A stretch of 64,000 nt of DNA from Candidatus Thorarchaeota archaeon (GCA_048882045.1 JBHLRZ010000012.1:1-64000), one strand, 5' to 3'. Shown: positions 16,045 to 27,083, counted from the stretch's first letter. The notes: generated from the letters alone by a model not told the origin. Numbers and translations are program-made.

Positions 16045-17964
16045 CTATCTCAGTTTCACAGTTTCTGTGACCAGGGGTGCCCTAGTTTCCACATTGAGCG
16101 CTTTGTGAATTGTAGATGCAAGACCAATTGTCTTGCTTGCTTCACCATGTGCAACAAGAACTCTTTCAGGGATTGGATTGACCCTCTTAACAAAGTTCAG
16201 GATCTGTTTTCTGTCGGAGTGTCCTGAGAAACCTTCCACAGTACTGACTTCCATATTCACTGGGACAACAGTAGTCTGTCCCTCTCGGTTTCTCATATTG
16301 ACCTCTTTCCAGCCTTTCTGGATTCGCCTACCGAGGGTGCCTTCCCCCTGATAGCTCACAAAACAGAGCATGTTCTTGTCATCTGGAGCAAGAAGTCTGA
16401 AGTAGTCTACGCTTGGTCCTCCTGCTAGCATACCTGAAGTTGCCATTATGATGCATGGTTCAGCCTCTGTGATCTCTTCTCTCTGGTCAGGATTATCCAC
16501 CTGCACAAAAATATCTGCGAGGAATGGATTCACTCCTTGGTGGAATATCATTTCTCGTATCTTCTTACTCAACGCCTCAGGGTGAGTCGTGTGTATTGCT
16601 GTGGCTTGAGCAATCATCCCCTCGATGTACACAGGGACCTTTGGTATCCGTCCTTTTGAAACAAGGTCTTCAATGACTAGCATTATCTCCTGAGCTCTTC
16701 CGACTGCAAGGACTGGAATCAGTACTTTCCCGCCTCGTTCTAGAGTACGTTTCAGTAGTGTTGCAAACTTCTTCTCAACTTCCTGTCTGGGGGGCATCTT
16801 GTCAGTAGGATGCCCGTATGTACTCTCAATGATGAGGGTTTCAAGTCTTGGAAATGTGAATGTTGCAGGTTCTAGGAGTCTGGTTCTTCCGAACTTGAAG
16901 TCACCAGTATAGGCCATGTTGTACTGACCATCTCCTATGTGAAAGTGGACTATAGCAGACCCTAAGATGTGTCCAGCATTGTGAAGTGTTAATCTTACAT
17001 CTGGTGCGATATCGGTAACCTCTCCATAGTTAAGAGGTATAGTGTGCAGGATTGCCTCTTTGACATCTCTATCACGATACGGTCTCAGCTTCCCCTCGCG
17101 CTCTGCAACCTCCAAGTAGTCCAACTGCAGAAGTGTTGCTAGGTTCAGTGTTGGATGAGTCATATAGACTGGACCCCGATAACCGTATTTGAAGAGGAAT
17201 GGAACCATTCCGCAGTGATCTAGGTGTGCATGTGTGATGACTACAGCATCCAGGTTGTCGACGCTAAACTCAGGCATGTCCAACCGTGGGAACGCCTTAC
17301 TTGGTGTACCAACATTTACACCACACTCAATCAGGACATTGCTCTCGGATGTCTGCAAGAACATACACTGTCTTCCGACTTCCCTAAAACCACCCATAGC
17401 TGTGAGTCGTATCCATCCGTTGTCGACAAGTGGAGGTCGGTGGATTCTCTTTCCGATCTCACGAAAAGACTTGTTGCGTGTCGCCGCTTCTGATTGGATG
17501 ATATACCGAATCTGCTTGATTAGCTTACTCTCGATTGGTGGAGTTCTCATGACATTGGGACGCCAGAAGGTCTGCCTAGTAATCTCTCTTAGTGTTGTGC
17601 CACTACGACCAATAACAAGTCCCGGTTTCTGGGCTTCGATTATGACCTCGCCTCTTGATATGTCAAAATCGATAGAGGTTATCTCAGCTTCATCTGGAAC
17701 TAGCTCGCGTACTGCTTTCTCAGTTTCTTCATGGGTCAATCTGACTTCAGGCGATGACCTGACCACAATGCGCTTTCGCATTTTTCGGGCTAGTGCCTTG
17801 ATTTTGTCACCATCGTCAATGAGGATCTTGGGTGCCTTTGAGTAGATTGCAATCTCTGGTCCCTCATACTCGACTGAACTTATGGCGGCTGACCTGGGTA
17901 GTGATTTCTTGACTACCTCTCTGATATCAACGTATTCTTCTTCTCCATTATTATTGGGCTTCAT
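16045..17964 (-). CDS. fttA: KH-domain beta-CASP ribonuclease aCPSF1 / transcription termination factor FttA
   Basis: N-terminal KH domains, THAHLDHCG, AGHILGS and FSGHSD motifs; adjacent to psmB. Confidence 0.95.
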   Translation of the reverse strand: MKPNNNGEEEYVDIREVVKKSLPRSAAISSVEYEGPEIAIYSKAPKILIDDGDKIKALARKMRKRIVVRSSPEVRLTHEETEKAVRELVPDEAEITSIDFDISRGEVIIEAQKPGLVIGRSGTTLREITRQTFWRPNVMRTPPIESKLIKQIRYIIQSEAATRNKSFREIGKRIHRPPLVDNGWIRLTAMGGFREVGRQCMFLQTSESNVLIECGVNVGTPSKAFPRLDMPEFSVDNLDAVVITHAHLDHCGMVPFLFKYGYRGPVYMTHPTLNLATLLQLDYLEVAEREGKLRPYRDRDVKEAILHTIPLNYGEVTDIAPDVRLTLHNAGHILGSAIVHFHIGDGQYNMAYTGDFKFGRTRLLEPATFTFPRLETLIIESTYGHPTDKMPPRQEVEKKFATLLKRTLERGGKVLIPVLAVGRAQEIMLVIEDLVSKGRIPKVPVYIEGMIAQATAIHTTHPEALSKKIREMIFHQGVNPFLADIFVQVDNPDQREEITEAEPCIIMATSGMLAGGPSVDYFRLLAPDDKNMLCFVSYQGEGTLGRRIQKGWKEVNMRNREGQTTVVPVNMEVSTVEGFSGHSDRKQILNFVKRVNPIPERVLVAHGEASKTIGLASTIHKALNVETRAPLVTETVKLR

Positions 17965-18084
17965 AGATGGTCACAATCCTTGGCTACCAATGCCCTATGT
18001 TGTCTAATGGTCGGTCCTTGCACTCCTAATGCTGGACAGACCTTCCGCGAAACTGTTTCGCTAGGTGTTCAACAAATTCAGTCA

Positions 18085-18738
18085 CTACTGGCCTTTCCAG
18101 ATCTTCATGATGGTTTCTTTGTCGATCTCTTGGTATCCATCTTTGTCAATCACACTACACAGGATTGAGTTTCCTGTGGCTGCATCTCTCTCGATAGCAG
18201 CTGCTACGGCTCGGATAGCGAGCTCAATAGCTTTCTTCTTTGGAAGATCTTCTTTGTATCCGTCCTCCAACACACCCAAAGCAACTGGAGAACCAGAACC
18301 ATTAGATGTGAATTTGTCCGGAATGACCGAACCTACAAAGTCTGTGTAAAAGACCTGTGGACCCTCATCATCGAAACCGCCAACAAGAGATCCCAGCATG
18401 TAGAGCCCTCTGCCATTGAACATAATATTGCTAAGAAGACGTGTTAATGCTTTGACACGAATCGGTCTGCTTCTCTGAATCTCAAAGAGCTTGGCCTCGG
18501 CCCTCAAGTAATCCATGATTTTCTGAGCGTCTGCAACTGATCCTGCAATCGTTGCACCAATCCGATCTGTGATTTTATAGATCTTCTGGGCTGTCTTGTT
18601 CGCTATCAGATATCCCATAGTGGCTCTCTGATCGCTTGCAAGTACGACGCAGTCTTTTCCTATTAGACCGACAGTGGTTGTTCCCGTCTTCAATTCAGCC
18701 GGGGGTTGCATATTATTTTCCATGTCAATTAACTCCAT
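18085..18738 (-). CDS. psmB: Proteasome beta subunit
   Basis: Propeptide followed by KTG|TTTVG; AGSVADAQ and GSGS motifs. Confidence 0.97.
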   Translation of the reverse strand: MELIDMENNMQPPAELKTGTTTVGLIGKDCVVLASDQRATMGYLIANKTAQKIYKITDRIGATIAGSVADAQKIMDYLRAEAKLFEIQRSRPIRVKALTRLLSNIMFNGRGLYMLGSLVGGFDDEGPQVFYTDFVGSVIPDKFTSNGSGSPVALGVLEDGYKEDLPKKKAIELAIRAVAAAIERDAATGNSILCSVIDKDGYQEIDKETIMKIWKGQ

Positions 18739-18828
18739 ATAGGAGATGAAATCTAGAGAACTAGTGACAGCCTCAAGTCCTGTTTATGATATTTTAAGGT
18801 TTTCTCAGTGACCATTGACGTACTAGTT

Positions 18829-19653
18829 TTACTGAGTCACATTCTCTGGTGGCGGTGGTCGCTTGAACAAGGTGACAATCTTGACCTCATCTATATCTTC
18901 CAATGCCTTGAGTATATCCTGTGCGATACCATATTCACCATACTGAATGTTCTCGATGAACCTGGTTTCCTCGCCCCATTCAATTGTCACAGTCTTCTTC
19001 TTCATCGTGACACTAAATCGGTCATCAGGAATTCCAGGGAGGCGTCTCTTGAGGACTGCTTCGAGTTTCTTATCCTTGTCTGAAACGATCTCTCTGATTA
19101 TGACATCATAAACCAAGGTCTTGCCAGCAAATGGACTATTGAAATCGACTCTGACTGATCTGCCAAAGTCTGTGGTGACCACACCTCGTTCGTTTCCAAA
19201 CTCAATCTTTTCACCCACATATCCCTTTGCACCATGTTTTGCAAGCTTTGCCTTGGCAATCTTCTTGATCTTGGCAGGATCTCTTACTCCAGCTCCTCTC
19301 TCAGGGGGAACCTCAATGGTCTTCGCATCTCCAACCTTCATACCAATGAGTTCTTCCTCTACTGCGGCGAGAAGCCAATTCCAACCAACCACAACCAAGA
19401 CAGGTTCGTACCTGTCACTCTCTTTGAACAAGCCCTCTTCTTTTGCCACTTCAAGGTGAGTTGTGTCGAATATTATTCCTTCTTTCTTAGTGCTCGCTGT
19501 GAAGTCAAGATAGACCATGCTCTTCTCTGTGACTACTGTTTCGACCTTCGGAGCTGCTTTCTTGGTTGTCTTTTTCTCAGTAGTCTTCTCAGCCGCTGGC
19601 TTCTTTTTAGCAGCTGGTTTCTTCTTTGGTTTGGTCTCTTTCTTCTTAGACAT
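18829..19653 (-). CDS. Long-type FKBP peptidyl-prolyl isomerase (SlyD-like) with a Lys-rich N-terminal tail
   Basis: IFDTT...AKEEG, EVPPE.G.G.RDP and VDFNSPFAGKTL motifs. Confidence 0.9.
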   Translation of the reverse strand: MSKKKETKPKKKPAAKKKPAAEKTTEKKTTKKAAPKVETVVTEKSMVYLDFTASTKKEGIIFDTTHLEVAKEEGLFKESDRYEPVLVVVGWNWLLAAVEEELIGMKVGDAKTIEVPPERGAGVRDPAKIKKIAKAKLAKHGAKGYVGEKIEFGNERGVVTTDFGRSVRVDFNSPFAGKTLVYDVIIREIVSDKDKKLEAVLKRRLPGIPDDRFSVTMKKKTVTIEWGEETRFIENIQYGEYGIAQDILKALEDIDEVKIVTLFKRPPPPENVTQ

Positions 19654-19720
19654 GTCTGGTTCCCTCGCAGAGTCTCCAAGAACAAATCTTGGCGCCGTTT
19701 GGTTTCATAAAATGGTTTCC

Positions 19721-20323
19721 CTACGGTCTATCTTTCAGCGTTCCTCTCAGTACTTGTATCTTTTCAAAGAACATTGGTTCTTCTGAAACCGTTTCGACGT
19801 ATAACCCACACTCCTCCATGGTCTTCTGGATTGCATCTCTGTCTGCTAAGGTAGAAACTACAATGTACACACGCCCTCCCTCTACCAGATGTTGTGTTAC
19901 CTGAGGGATAAACCTCTGCGTAACCTCAGCTCCCGTTTGACCTCCTATAAGAGCATGATCCAGTCCAGTTGACATATCATCTTCCGGGAGATATGGTGGA
20001 TTGAATACTACAATAGAGAATTTTAAAGACGATTTGAATGAGGTCAAAAGGTCGGTTTGAAAAACAGCACATTTTAGGTCCAATCTATTTCTTCTCAGAT
20101 TCTCCAGTGTGTTGCGAACTGCATCAAGGGAAACATCCACGCTCACAACACTCCTCGCACTTTTGGCTCCTTTCAGAGTGACCAAGCCTGCTCCGCATCC
20201 CACCTCAAGGAAATCATCGTCTGAGGTCACATGTATCGAATCTAGGAGAAGATACGTGTCGCCAGACGGGGGATAAACATCAGGAAATACGGTGAAGTTC
20301 TGATGATTGCCCACTTTTCTCAC
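19721..20323 (-). CDS. HemK2/PrmC-like protein-glutamine methyltransferase
   Basis: VYPPSGDTYLL, EVGCGAG and FNPPYLP motifs. Confidence 0.9.
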   Translation of the reverse strand: MRKVGNHQNFTVFPDVYPPSGDTYLLLDSIHVTSDDDFLEVGCGAGLVTLKGAKSARSVVSVDVSLDAVRNTLENLRRNRLDLKCAVFQTDLLTSFKSSLKFSIVVFNPPYLPEDDMSTGLDHALIGGQTGAEVTQRFIPQVTQHLVEGGRVYIVVSTLADRDAIQKTMEECGLYVETVSEEPMFFEKIQVLRGTLKDRP

Positions 20324-21186
20324 ACTCTTGGACCTGGTAGAATCTCGTCCGAAATCATCTCAAAGAGAACGTCAGCGAGATGAATCAGTGTTTCTCGATC
20401 TAGAGTTCGGAGCTTCTCAGTCCCCTCGAGATAGATAGCAGCTCGCTTCAGGATTTCCTGAGAGATCTCTTTATTATATCCGAGATTCCGTATCCAAATC
20501 TGTAGTGCTTTTCGGATGTTCTTGTTTGGATAAGGGTAGATTCCCTCAATCATCCATTGGAACACTGCATCATCCTTTGCAAAAGGACCTTCTCTTCGTG
20601 GTGTTACCTTCACAACGGTGGATTCCACTGTCGGTACAGGGTAGAACCTATCTGCCGGAACATCCATCAGTGGGTCAACATGGGCATGATATTGGACATT
20701 GACAGTCAAACGAGAATAGTCAGATGATCCTACTTCTGCGGCCAGTCTTGAAGCAAACTCCTTCTGATACATTAGGACTGCAAAGTCAAATTCGAGTTCC
20801 TTTAAAAATCGAAAGGTGACTTCTGAAGAGATGCTGTAGGGCAGATTGGCTACTATTTTGTTTACTTTTGGGAAGTCCACCTTCAGCGCATCACCCTCAA
20901 TGATATGGACGTTGTTGAATCCCTTCGCGACATCCCGAAGAGCCTCTGCAAGACCTGGTTCCACCTCTACAACGTGAAGTGTTCCTGCCTCTGCAGCTAT
21001 CCATCGCGTCAGCATTCCCAGCCCTCCACCAATCTCAAGAACCCGGTCCTGCGAATTGACTTCTGCCAGTCTAACAATCTCTCTTGCAATACTGTGACTG
21101 TTGAGGAAACTCTGCCCAAACTTCTTACTAGGTCTGACTTTGTACCTCTTCAGAAGCAAACGAATCTCGTCTGACAGAAACCTCAC
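20320..21186 (-). CDS. rsmA: 16S rRNA dimethyladenosine transferase KsgA/Dim1 (likely start GTG at 21186)
   Basis: KKFGQSFL, LEIGGGLG and VANLPYSISS motifs. The longer ORF-track start overlaps DUF655. Confidence 0.93.
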   Translation of the reverse strand: MRFLSDEIRLLLKRYKVRPSKKFGQSFLNSHSIAREIVRLAEVNSQDRVLEIGGGLGMLTRWIAAEAGTLHVVEVEPGLAEALRDVAKGFNNVHIIEGDALKVDFPKVNKIVANLPYSISSEVTFRFLKELEFDFAVLMYQKEFASRLAAEVGSSDYSRLTVNVQYHAHVDPLMDVPADRFYPVPTVESTVVKVTPRREGPFAKDDAVFQWMIEGIYPYPNKNIRKALQIWIRNLGYNKEISQEILKRAAIYLEGTEKLRTLDRETLIHLADVLFEMISDEILPGPRV

Positions 21187-21190
21187 CCGC

Positions 21191-21805
21191 TTATCGTCTT
21201 GGTGGGCGGTCACGGTGGTCGCGTTCGTTCTCTTCTCGTTTTGGTGGGCGAACAAATAACCAGCGCTTGACATCCTCTCTGAGTTCATCAATAATCCTTG
21301 CAGTTATGACCTTCTTCGGGTTCTGAAGTTTGGTGCGACTAGCGATGTCCTCGAAGCTCTTGAATGGCTCTCTCTTTCTTTCCTCCAAGATTGCCCACAT
21401 GAGTGTCTGTCCAATACCTGGAAGAAGTTGCAAGGAGTGCATCCTGGTTGTGATTGGACTGGCTTCGTTAAAGAACTGGACATACTTGTATTCGTATTTC
21501 GTTACTATTATCTCCACTACAAGAGAAAGCTCAGCTACGCTCTCTGGAACAAGGTCCTCATAGAAGATCCTTCTCTTGACATGGTCTATCTTACTCGGTG
21601 TATCGCGAGTGATTGCTACTCGTTCCTGAGGATGGGGCTTTACACCTCTTTGAGGAACCATCTCAAGTAGAGTAAAATGAGATTCTCCTATGCCCTGAGC
21701 TATAGTGTCACCTCGTGGACGTGAATCACGAAGGTATTCTTTCGGTGGGACGACTGACAGGATATAGGCGTGTGTCTCAAATGTCCTGTTTTGGGGTCCT
21801 TCCAT
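21191..21805 (-). CDS. DUF655 putative RNA-binding protein
   Basis: QGIGESHFTLLE and FFNEASPITTRMHSLQLLPGIG; conserved position after rpo4. Confidence 0.9.
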   Translation of the reverse strand: MEGPQNRTFETHAYILSVVPPKEYLRDSRPRGDTIAQGIGESHFTLLEMVPQRGVKPHPQERVAITRDTPSKIDHVKRRIFYEDLVPESVAELSLVVEIIVTKYEYKYVQFFNEASPITTRMHSLQLLPGIGQTLMWAILEERKREPFKSFEDIASRTKLQNPKKVITARIIDELREDVKRWLFVRPPKREENERDHRDRPPRR

Positions 21806-21914
21806 TGGTGTATACTCCTATAGCTACTAAGGTTCATTGTGTAACTGGTTTACCTGATTCGATAAAAACTGTTCGGACTCAGAAAGCATCTGCGCCAATC
21901 GAAACTGGTGAAGA

Positions 21915-22265
21915 CTAGGTCCTGCTCTTGATGATGAGGTCTACAATCTCAATCAGCTGTTCATCTGTTAGATTGGTTGTACGGGATGATAGTGTAGACT
22001 TGAGTTCTTCAATGGTCGTAGGAGCAATGTTCACAATCTGTACTGCTTGGGACCTTGACATATCATAGCTCTTCATGAGTTTCTCAACAACCTTTACAGA
22101 AACAGCAGGTGCCATTCGAGAAAACGCACTTGCATGTTCAAGAGTTATTGACTGTTGAAAAGAGAGTTCTCCTTCTTTCCCTCTCTGGGCAAGTAGTTTC
22201 TTGACCTGAGGAAGGGTCACTTCCTCTTCACTGATAATCTCCTTTGGCATGTTTCTTCCACTCAA
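21915..22265 (-). CDS. rpo4: RNA polymerase subunit Rpo4 (F)
   Basis: ELSFQQ..TLEHA..F and AVQIVNIAPTT.EEL; lies between rpl21e and DUF655. Confidence 0.9.
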   Translation of the reverse strand: MSGRNMPKEIISEEEVTLPQVKKLLAQRGKEGELSFQQSITLEHASAFSRMAPAVSVKVVEKLMKSYDMSRSQAVQIVNIAPTTIEELKSTLSSRTTNLTDEQLIEIVDLIIKSRT

Positions 22266-22558
22266 CCCCTACTAGGTCGGAGATGCTCGCGTCTAATGAT
22301 GAGTGTCTTTGTTGCTTTTCCAAGACCCACATCGACAACAACCGCTCGCCCTCTCAAGCCTGTCACCACACCTGTTCTTCCATGATATCTGCGATGTGGC
22401 ATTCCCCTGTGAAAACCAGAGTCGATGACAATGTCTACATTCATACCTTCCTCGTAGTCAACTAACACCTTACTCGGTGAGGCGAGACCGCGCTGTCGCA
22501 CTCTCTTGCTCATCAAGCTACGTGTTCGGGCTCTGTAGCCATGACTCTTCTTGACCAT
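22262..22558 (-). CDS. rpl21e: 50S ribosomal protein L21e
   Basis: MVKKSHGYRARTR...GMPHRRYHGRTG; ATG at 22558. Confidence 0.97.
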   Translation of the reverse strand: MVKKSHGYRARTRSLMSKRVRQRGLASPSKVLVDYEEGMNVDIVIDSGFHRGMPHRRYHGRTGVVTGLRGRAVVVDVGLGKATKTLIIRREHLRPSRG

Positions 22559-22683
22559 GGTTATCACATGCAATAGATTCAATCTCGAAATGTGAGATAT
22601 AGTCAAACTCACACCCAAGTTCCAGCAAGACCTCTTGGGTCAACACTTAAGGATTTCGCAACAGCAATCAGGTTTTCCAATAT

Positions 22684-24045
22684 TCAAGACTCATCTCCAT
22701 AGATTGCAGTCACATTCAGTTCCGTGCACACACATTCAGTCCCTATCAAACTTGCAACAGATGGCACCGTTCTTCCATCATCACCGGAAATCAACTCCTT
22801 CACATAGGTTCCTCCTTGGACTTTGAAGAATCCCTGTAGTGTCTTGTCTGATTTCTTCCTGAGACGAACCTCGTGGATCATCTTCTCTCGTACAAGATCA
22901 CTACGACGATGAGACACACGTTCTGGAGTTCTCTGCTCAATCTTGGTTCCATAGAGTTCTCTTTCGACTCTCTGTAAATCGATTTTGTCAACAATTTCAG
23001 AAGTTGCTATGATTGCTGCATACTCCTTTATGTTTGTAGAGGCATCCTCCTTCAGCTTCTGGGAACGTTCTCGGTTGGTCATCCTAAGATCAAGAACTTC
23101 GACTCGTTTCTTCGCTTTTTTGTTGATCTTCTTTGTCAACAACTTCAAGTCTGGTTTCCTTATTTTGGGTTCCGAAACCTCGACAACAAATGGTCTGCCA
23201 GTTCCCAACATGAGAACATCAACATCTTCCCTTCCTGCAGCATGAAACTTGAACCTTGAACCACCAGTGAGCTGTTGTGCAACTTCCCCTATATACTCAG
23301 ATATTGAATCGGGATATCTTCTTCCTGTACCTCCACATTCGCTACAACCTTTTCCTCCACACTCGTTACAGTCCCATCTACTCTGTGGAATTCCTCTTTT
23401 GAGTTTGAGATATCTTCCATAGATGAAAATAGGATTGATTTGCAAATCTATTCTGTCATTGGTCATGTCATAGAGAAATACTAAATGGGGTCTCTCAAAA
23501 TCCACCTCTTTCCCTAATAGACCTTGAATCTGTTTTCCAAGCTCTCTACTGTAATCTGACTTCAGAGCTTCAGCATGGAGCAGAGAGTGTTCAGCTCTTA
23601 GTTCGTCTTGTTTCTCATCGAGAACTGGGACTGAAATGGTTCCAACTAAGAATGTGTCGAATTCGATGTCTTTGCTCTGCTCTAGTGCCCTCCTAGCTAT
23701 TGAATCAATTCCGTCAAAGACTGACTTTCTATCAACATTACAGAGATGACATTGACTTCTTTGCGTGAAGTCGATAGAATTCTTCTGAGCGATTACCTGG
23801 GCTGGCTCAAACATCCCGTTCCCTGCAAGAAGGCTAATTGTTTCCTTTCCATTCTTCTCTCCCGATTTCAGTCGATCGTCAGCCATCATGGAGAGAATCA
23901 GTTTTAGTGAGTGGCCCCTATCTTCATTTGAAGTGTTTGTACTGAGCCAGGCAAACTGTCGTCCCAAGCACCTATCACATAGAGGATATTTCTCCAGCAT
24001 GCTCACTGTGGTATCAAGCACTCTGGTATCAATAGGTGCTGTCAT
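22684..24045 (-). CDS. pus10: tRNA pseudouridine(54/55) synthase Pus10
   Basis: LCDRCLGR, FHAAGREDVDVLMLGTGRPF and GGTYVKELISGD motifs. Confidence 0.95.
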   Translation of the reverse strand: MTAPIDTRVLDTTVSMLEKYPLCDRCLGRQFAWLSTNTSNEDRGHSLKLILSMMADDRLKSGEKNGKETISLLAGNGMFEPAQVIAQKNSIDFTQRSQCHLCNVDRKSVFDGIDSIARRALEQSKDIEFDTFLVGTISVPVLDEKQDELRAEHSLLHAEALKSDYSRELGKQIQGLLGKEVDFERPHLVFLYDMTNDRIDLQINPIFIYGRYLKLKRGIPQSRWDCNECGGKGCSECGGTGRRYPDSISEYIGEVAQQLTGGSRFKFHAAGREDVDVLMLGTGRPFVVEVSEPKIRKPDLKLLTKKINKKAKKRVEVLDLRMTNRERSQKLKEDASTNIKEYAAIIATSEIVDKIDLQRVERELYGTKIEQRTPERVSHRRSDLVREKMIHEVRLRKKSDKTLQGFFKVQGGTYVKELISGDDGRTVPSVASLIGTECVCTELNVTAIYGDES

Positions 24046-24087
24046 TTCGTTTCCTCAGTCAAATCGTGATTCTATTTGTTCATAAAG

Positions 24088-25281
24088 CTAAAGGAATGGA
24101 TTGATGTATCGCACTGCCTTGAGTCCTACCAATAACATCCTAGGGTCCGAGATAAGCTTCCTGATGACCCGACCCTGCATGTCCATATCGCCTTCTCTTC
24201 TCACAATACTCAGCAAGCCCATTTCTTGCGCATCTTTGATTACCGAGTCTAATCCCTTGTCAGAGAGTGATGAAAGAGCTTTTTGAGCTAAGTTCATTGT
24301 TTCAAGCTCTCTATAGAACTGGCTTTTACACCTTCTATCATATACAGAGAGGCTCTTCTTTGATACATCCCTCATCTTCAAGGCTTGGTCTACTACTGAA
24401 CCCGCCTCGAGAGCAGCCAATCCACCAATGATAACTCCTCCTCCTGTGGTTGCCTTCACCAGTCCTGCTGCATCTCCTACAATTACAACACCATCAGTTG
24501 ACAGCTTGGGTATCGGTCTGCCTACAAGTACAGTCCCACCCATGCTACGTTCTATTTTTCCGCCCTGAAGTCGTTTACTGATGATTGGATGGTTTCTCAT
24601 TGCAGCTTCCAATCTGATTTTTGACTTGTTCCTCGCTGCCAGACCGACTCTGACCCTCCTCTCTCCAATTGGAATGATCCATGCAAAGAAACCGGGAGCT
24701 AATTGTCTCCCATAGAACATCTCAACAAGGTCTTCTTCCACATCAACTCCCTTGACCTCATATTGGTATGCTGGGTGCTTGTATCCTTTCGGGACCGTAG
24801 AAAGTCCGACACTCTTCGTTAATACTGAAGATACTCCTTCTGCAATGACTGTTGTAGAGGATTGATATTCACCATCTTTTGTCTTGACAGTTCGGAAACC
24901 TCCCTCACTCTTACTGATCTCTAAAACCCGTTGTCCAGTGACTATCTCAATCCCGTTGCTTGAAGCTTCGCTAGCAAGCCAAGAATCGAATCCACTTCTG
25001 TCAATGACAAGTGCCTCTCGTTGTCCTCTTTCAACGAGGATTGAATGTCCAGATGGAGCATAGATGCGTGCACCTGTGACTGTATTCTGGATGATTCCCT
25101 CGGGTGGTTTGATCCCCAAAGTCTTCATACCTGATGAGCTCAGGAGGCCTGCACAATGATCTGGTTTCCCAACTTCTGGATGTTCCTCAAGAACAAGAAC
25201 ATCATGACCACCATCAGCTATCTTTGAGGCTGCCAGCAACCCTGCTGGACCTGCACCCACTACGATAGCGTTTCTACTCAA
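24088..25281 (-). CDS. Geranylgeranyl reductase family flavoprotein
   Basis: VGAGPAG, PGFFAWIIP and VGDAAG...TTGGG motifs. Confidence 0.9.
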   Translation of the reverse strand: MSRNAIVVGAGPAGLLAASKIADGGHDVLVLEEHPEVGKPDHCAGLLSSSGMKTLGIKPPEGIIQNTVTGARIYAPSGHSILVERGQREALVIDRSGFDSWLASEASSNGIEIVTGQRVLEISKSEGGFRTVKTKDGEYQSSTTVIAEGVSSVLTKSVGLSTVPKGYKHPAYQYEVKGVDVEEDLVEMFYGRQLAPGFFAWIIPIGERRVRVGLAARNKSKIRLEAAMRNHPIISKRLQGGKIERSMGGTVLVGRPIPKLSTDGVVIVGDAAGLVKATTGGGVIIGGLAALEAGSVVDQALKMRDVSKKSLSVYDRRCKSQFYRELETMNLAQKALSSLSDKGLDSVIKDAQEMGLLSIVRREGDMDMQGRVIRKLISDPRMLLVGLKAVRYINPFL

Positions 25282-25367
25282 TTAAGCACCCAGATAGTCT
25301 GCTTTGCGCACGTTTTTAACTCTCTCCTAAGAAGACCCATCGAGTTCAAGTAACAGAGGTCGTCGAT

Positions 25368-25736
25368 TTGATATCTCGAACTTTCACCTACAAGCAAGTT
25401 ATTGCGGTAAGAATGGACCTGAACATGAGCAGGGGAAAGATTGCTGTCCAGGTTGCCCATGGTGCCGTTTCAGCCGCAGAACAGGCTAGAGTCAACAAAC
25501 AAGCAATATGGAGAGCTTGGCTGCGAGAAGGACAAAAGAAGGTGGCTGTCAAGGTCGCGTCCGAAGAGGAGCTGCTTGAACTTCGTCGTAAGGCTGTGAG
25601 TCATGATTTGTCACATGCTTTGATCAGAGATGCCGGAATGACAGAACTTCCTCCAGGTACGCTAACCGTAATAGGTGTCGGTCCTGCAAAGTCAGAAACT
25701 ATCGATGAAGTCACTGGTGATCTCAAGCTATTGTGA
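25368..25736 (+). CDS. pth2: Peptidyl-tRNA hydrolase Pth2
   Basis: MSRGKIAVQVAHG, GQKKVAVK and DAGMTELPPGT motifs. Confidence 0.96.
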   Translation: MISRTFTYKQVIAVRMDLNMSRGKIAVQVAHGAVSAAEQARVNKQAIWRAWLREGQKKVAVKVASEEELLELRRKAVSHDLSHALIRDAGMTELPPGTLTVIGVGPAKSETIDEVTGDLKLL

Positions 25737-25745
25737 GGAATTTCA

Positions 25746-27083
25746 ATGAAGGCTGCACATCCCCTTGAACATTCTCTAGGGATGGAGCTCTATTCTACAG
25801 ACTCGCCTGGAATCGGGGGGAGGCTGAAGGAACGTTTTGAAGACTTTATTGTTCAGGAGATTACGTCTGACCAAGAGATTCTCTCACTTGAGGAGTGGCC
25901 TGAAAAGCCTATCACTCAATCAATCGATGGTGAGCGTTCTCGGTTTCTGACGTTCACAGTTCAGAAGATGGGGCTGGCAACAATGGATGTTGCTACTATT
26001 TTAGCGTCATCACTCAAGATCTCGCGGAACTATGTCACATATGCTGGTCTTAAAGACAAACGAGCGGTGACTGTCCAGTCTATGAGTGTACCAGCAAGAA
26101 CCGCTGAAATGCTTGCTACTCTGGACCTCTCACGAATTGCTATCCGTGATATTCGATACACACGTCAACCCATACAAATCGGTGACCTTTGGGGAAACCG
26201 TTTCAGTATCCATCTGAAAGACATTACTGTGGACAGTGAAACTGCATTGGCCTTGACCAAAGAACTCAGTAGAACTTCTCTTCTGAACTATTTTGGAGTC
26301 CAAAGGTTCGGTCTGACACGCCCGTATACTCATCTCGTTGGTAGAGCTCTAGTAAAGAGGGACTATGAAGATGCAGTTCGAATTATGCTGACCACAACCA
26401 GCGATTATGAGTCAGAAGAACTCACAAGCATCAGGAACAAGCTCTCTGAGGATATGACGCCAACGGAGAAAATCATAGAATCTTTTCCAATGGAGCTCAA
26501 CTATGAGAAAGACGTAATGAGGCATCTCATAAATCGACCAGGTGAATTTGAGAAGGCAATACTAAAGATTCCACCGAGAGTTCTCACACTTCTTGTGCAT
26601 GCATTTCAGTCCTACATATTCAACCGTTTGATTAGTAAACGTGCAAGAGTTGGAATGTCGATTGATCTCCCTAAGGTAGGTGATTTCATCATCAAACTTG
26701 ATGAAGCTCATTCAGGAAGGGATTCTTGGCTCTTTGTCACTGATTCATCCTTAGAAGAGAGGGAGCGACAGGTGAAGACTGGACAGTACGGAGTGGCTTG
26801 TACTGTTCCAGGATATTCCTCAAGATTACCTCCTTCTAATCAAACAGACTTACTGAAACAGACACTCAAGGATGAGGATATCCAGTTGCAAGAGTTCAGA
26901 AACTCAGAGATGAAATCCTTGGATGCTCCAGGAGGACTGCATCTCATTTCGATCTTCTTGAAGGATTTAGAGGCGTCTTCGACAGATGAGGGAATTGAAG
27001 TGCAGTTCAGTCTTCGAAAGGGCTCTTACGCTACTATTGTGATGCGAGAGATAATGAAGAATCATCCCATCAATAGGGTTTAG
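25746..27083 (+). CDS. truD: tRNA pseudouridine(13) synthase TruD/Pus7
   Basis: EDFIVQE, YAGLKDKRAVT and NYFGVQRFG motifs. Confidence 0.95.
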   Translation: MKAAHPLEHSLGMELYSTDSPGIGGRLKERFEDFIVQEITSDQEILSLEEWPEKPITQSIDGERSRFLTFTVQKMGLATMDVATILASSLKISRNYVTYAGLKDKRAVTVQSMSVPARTAEMLATLDLSRIAIRDIRYTRQPIQIGDLWGNRFSIHLKDITVDSETALALTKELSRTSLLNYFGVQRFGLTRPYTHLVGRALVKRDYEDAVRIMLTTTSDYESEELTSIRNKLSEDMTPTEKIIESFPMELNYEKDVMRHLINRPGEFEKAILKIPPRVLTLLVHAFQSYIFNRLISKRARVGMSIDLPKVGDFIIKLDEAHSGRDSWLFVTDSSLEERERQVKTGQYGVACTVPGYSSRLPPSNQTDLLKQTLKDEDIQLQEFRNSEMKSLDAPGGLHLISIFLKDLEASSTDEGIEVQFSLRKGSYATIVMREIMKNHPINRV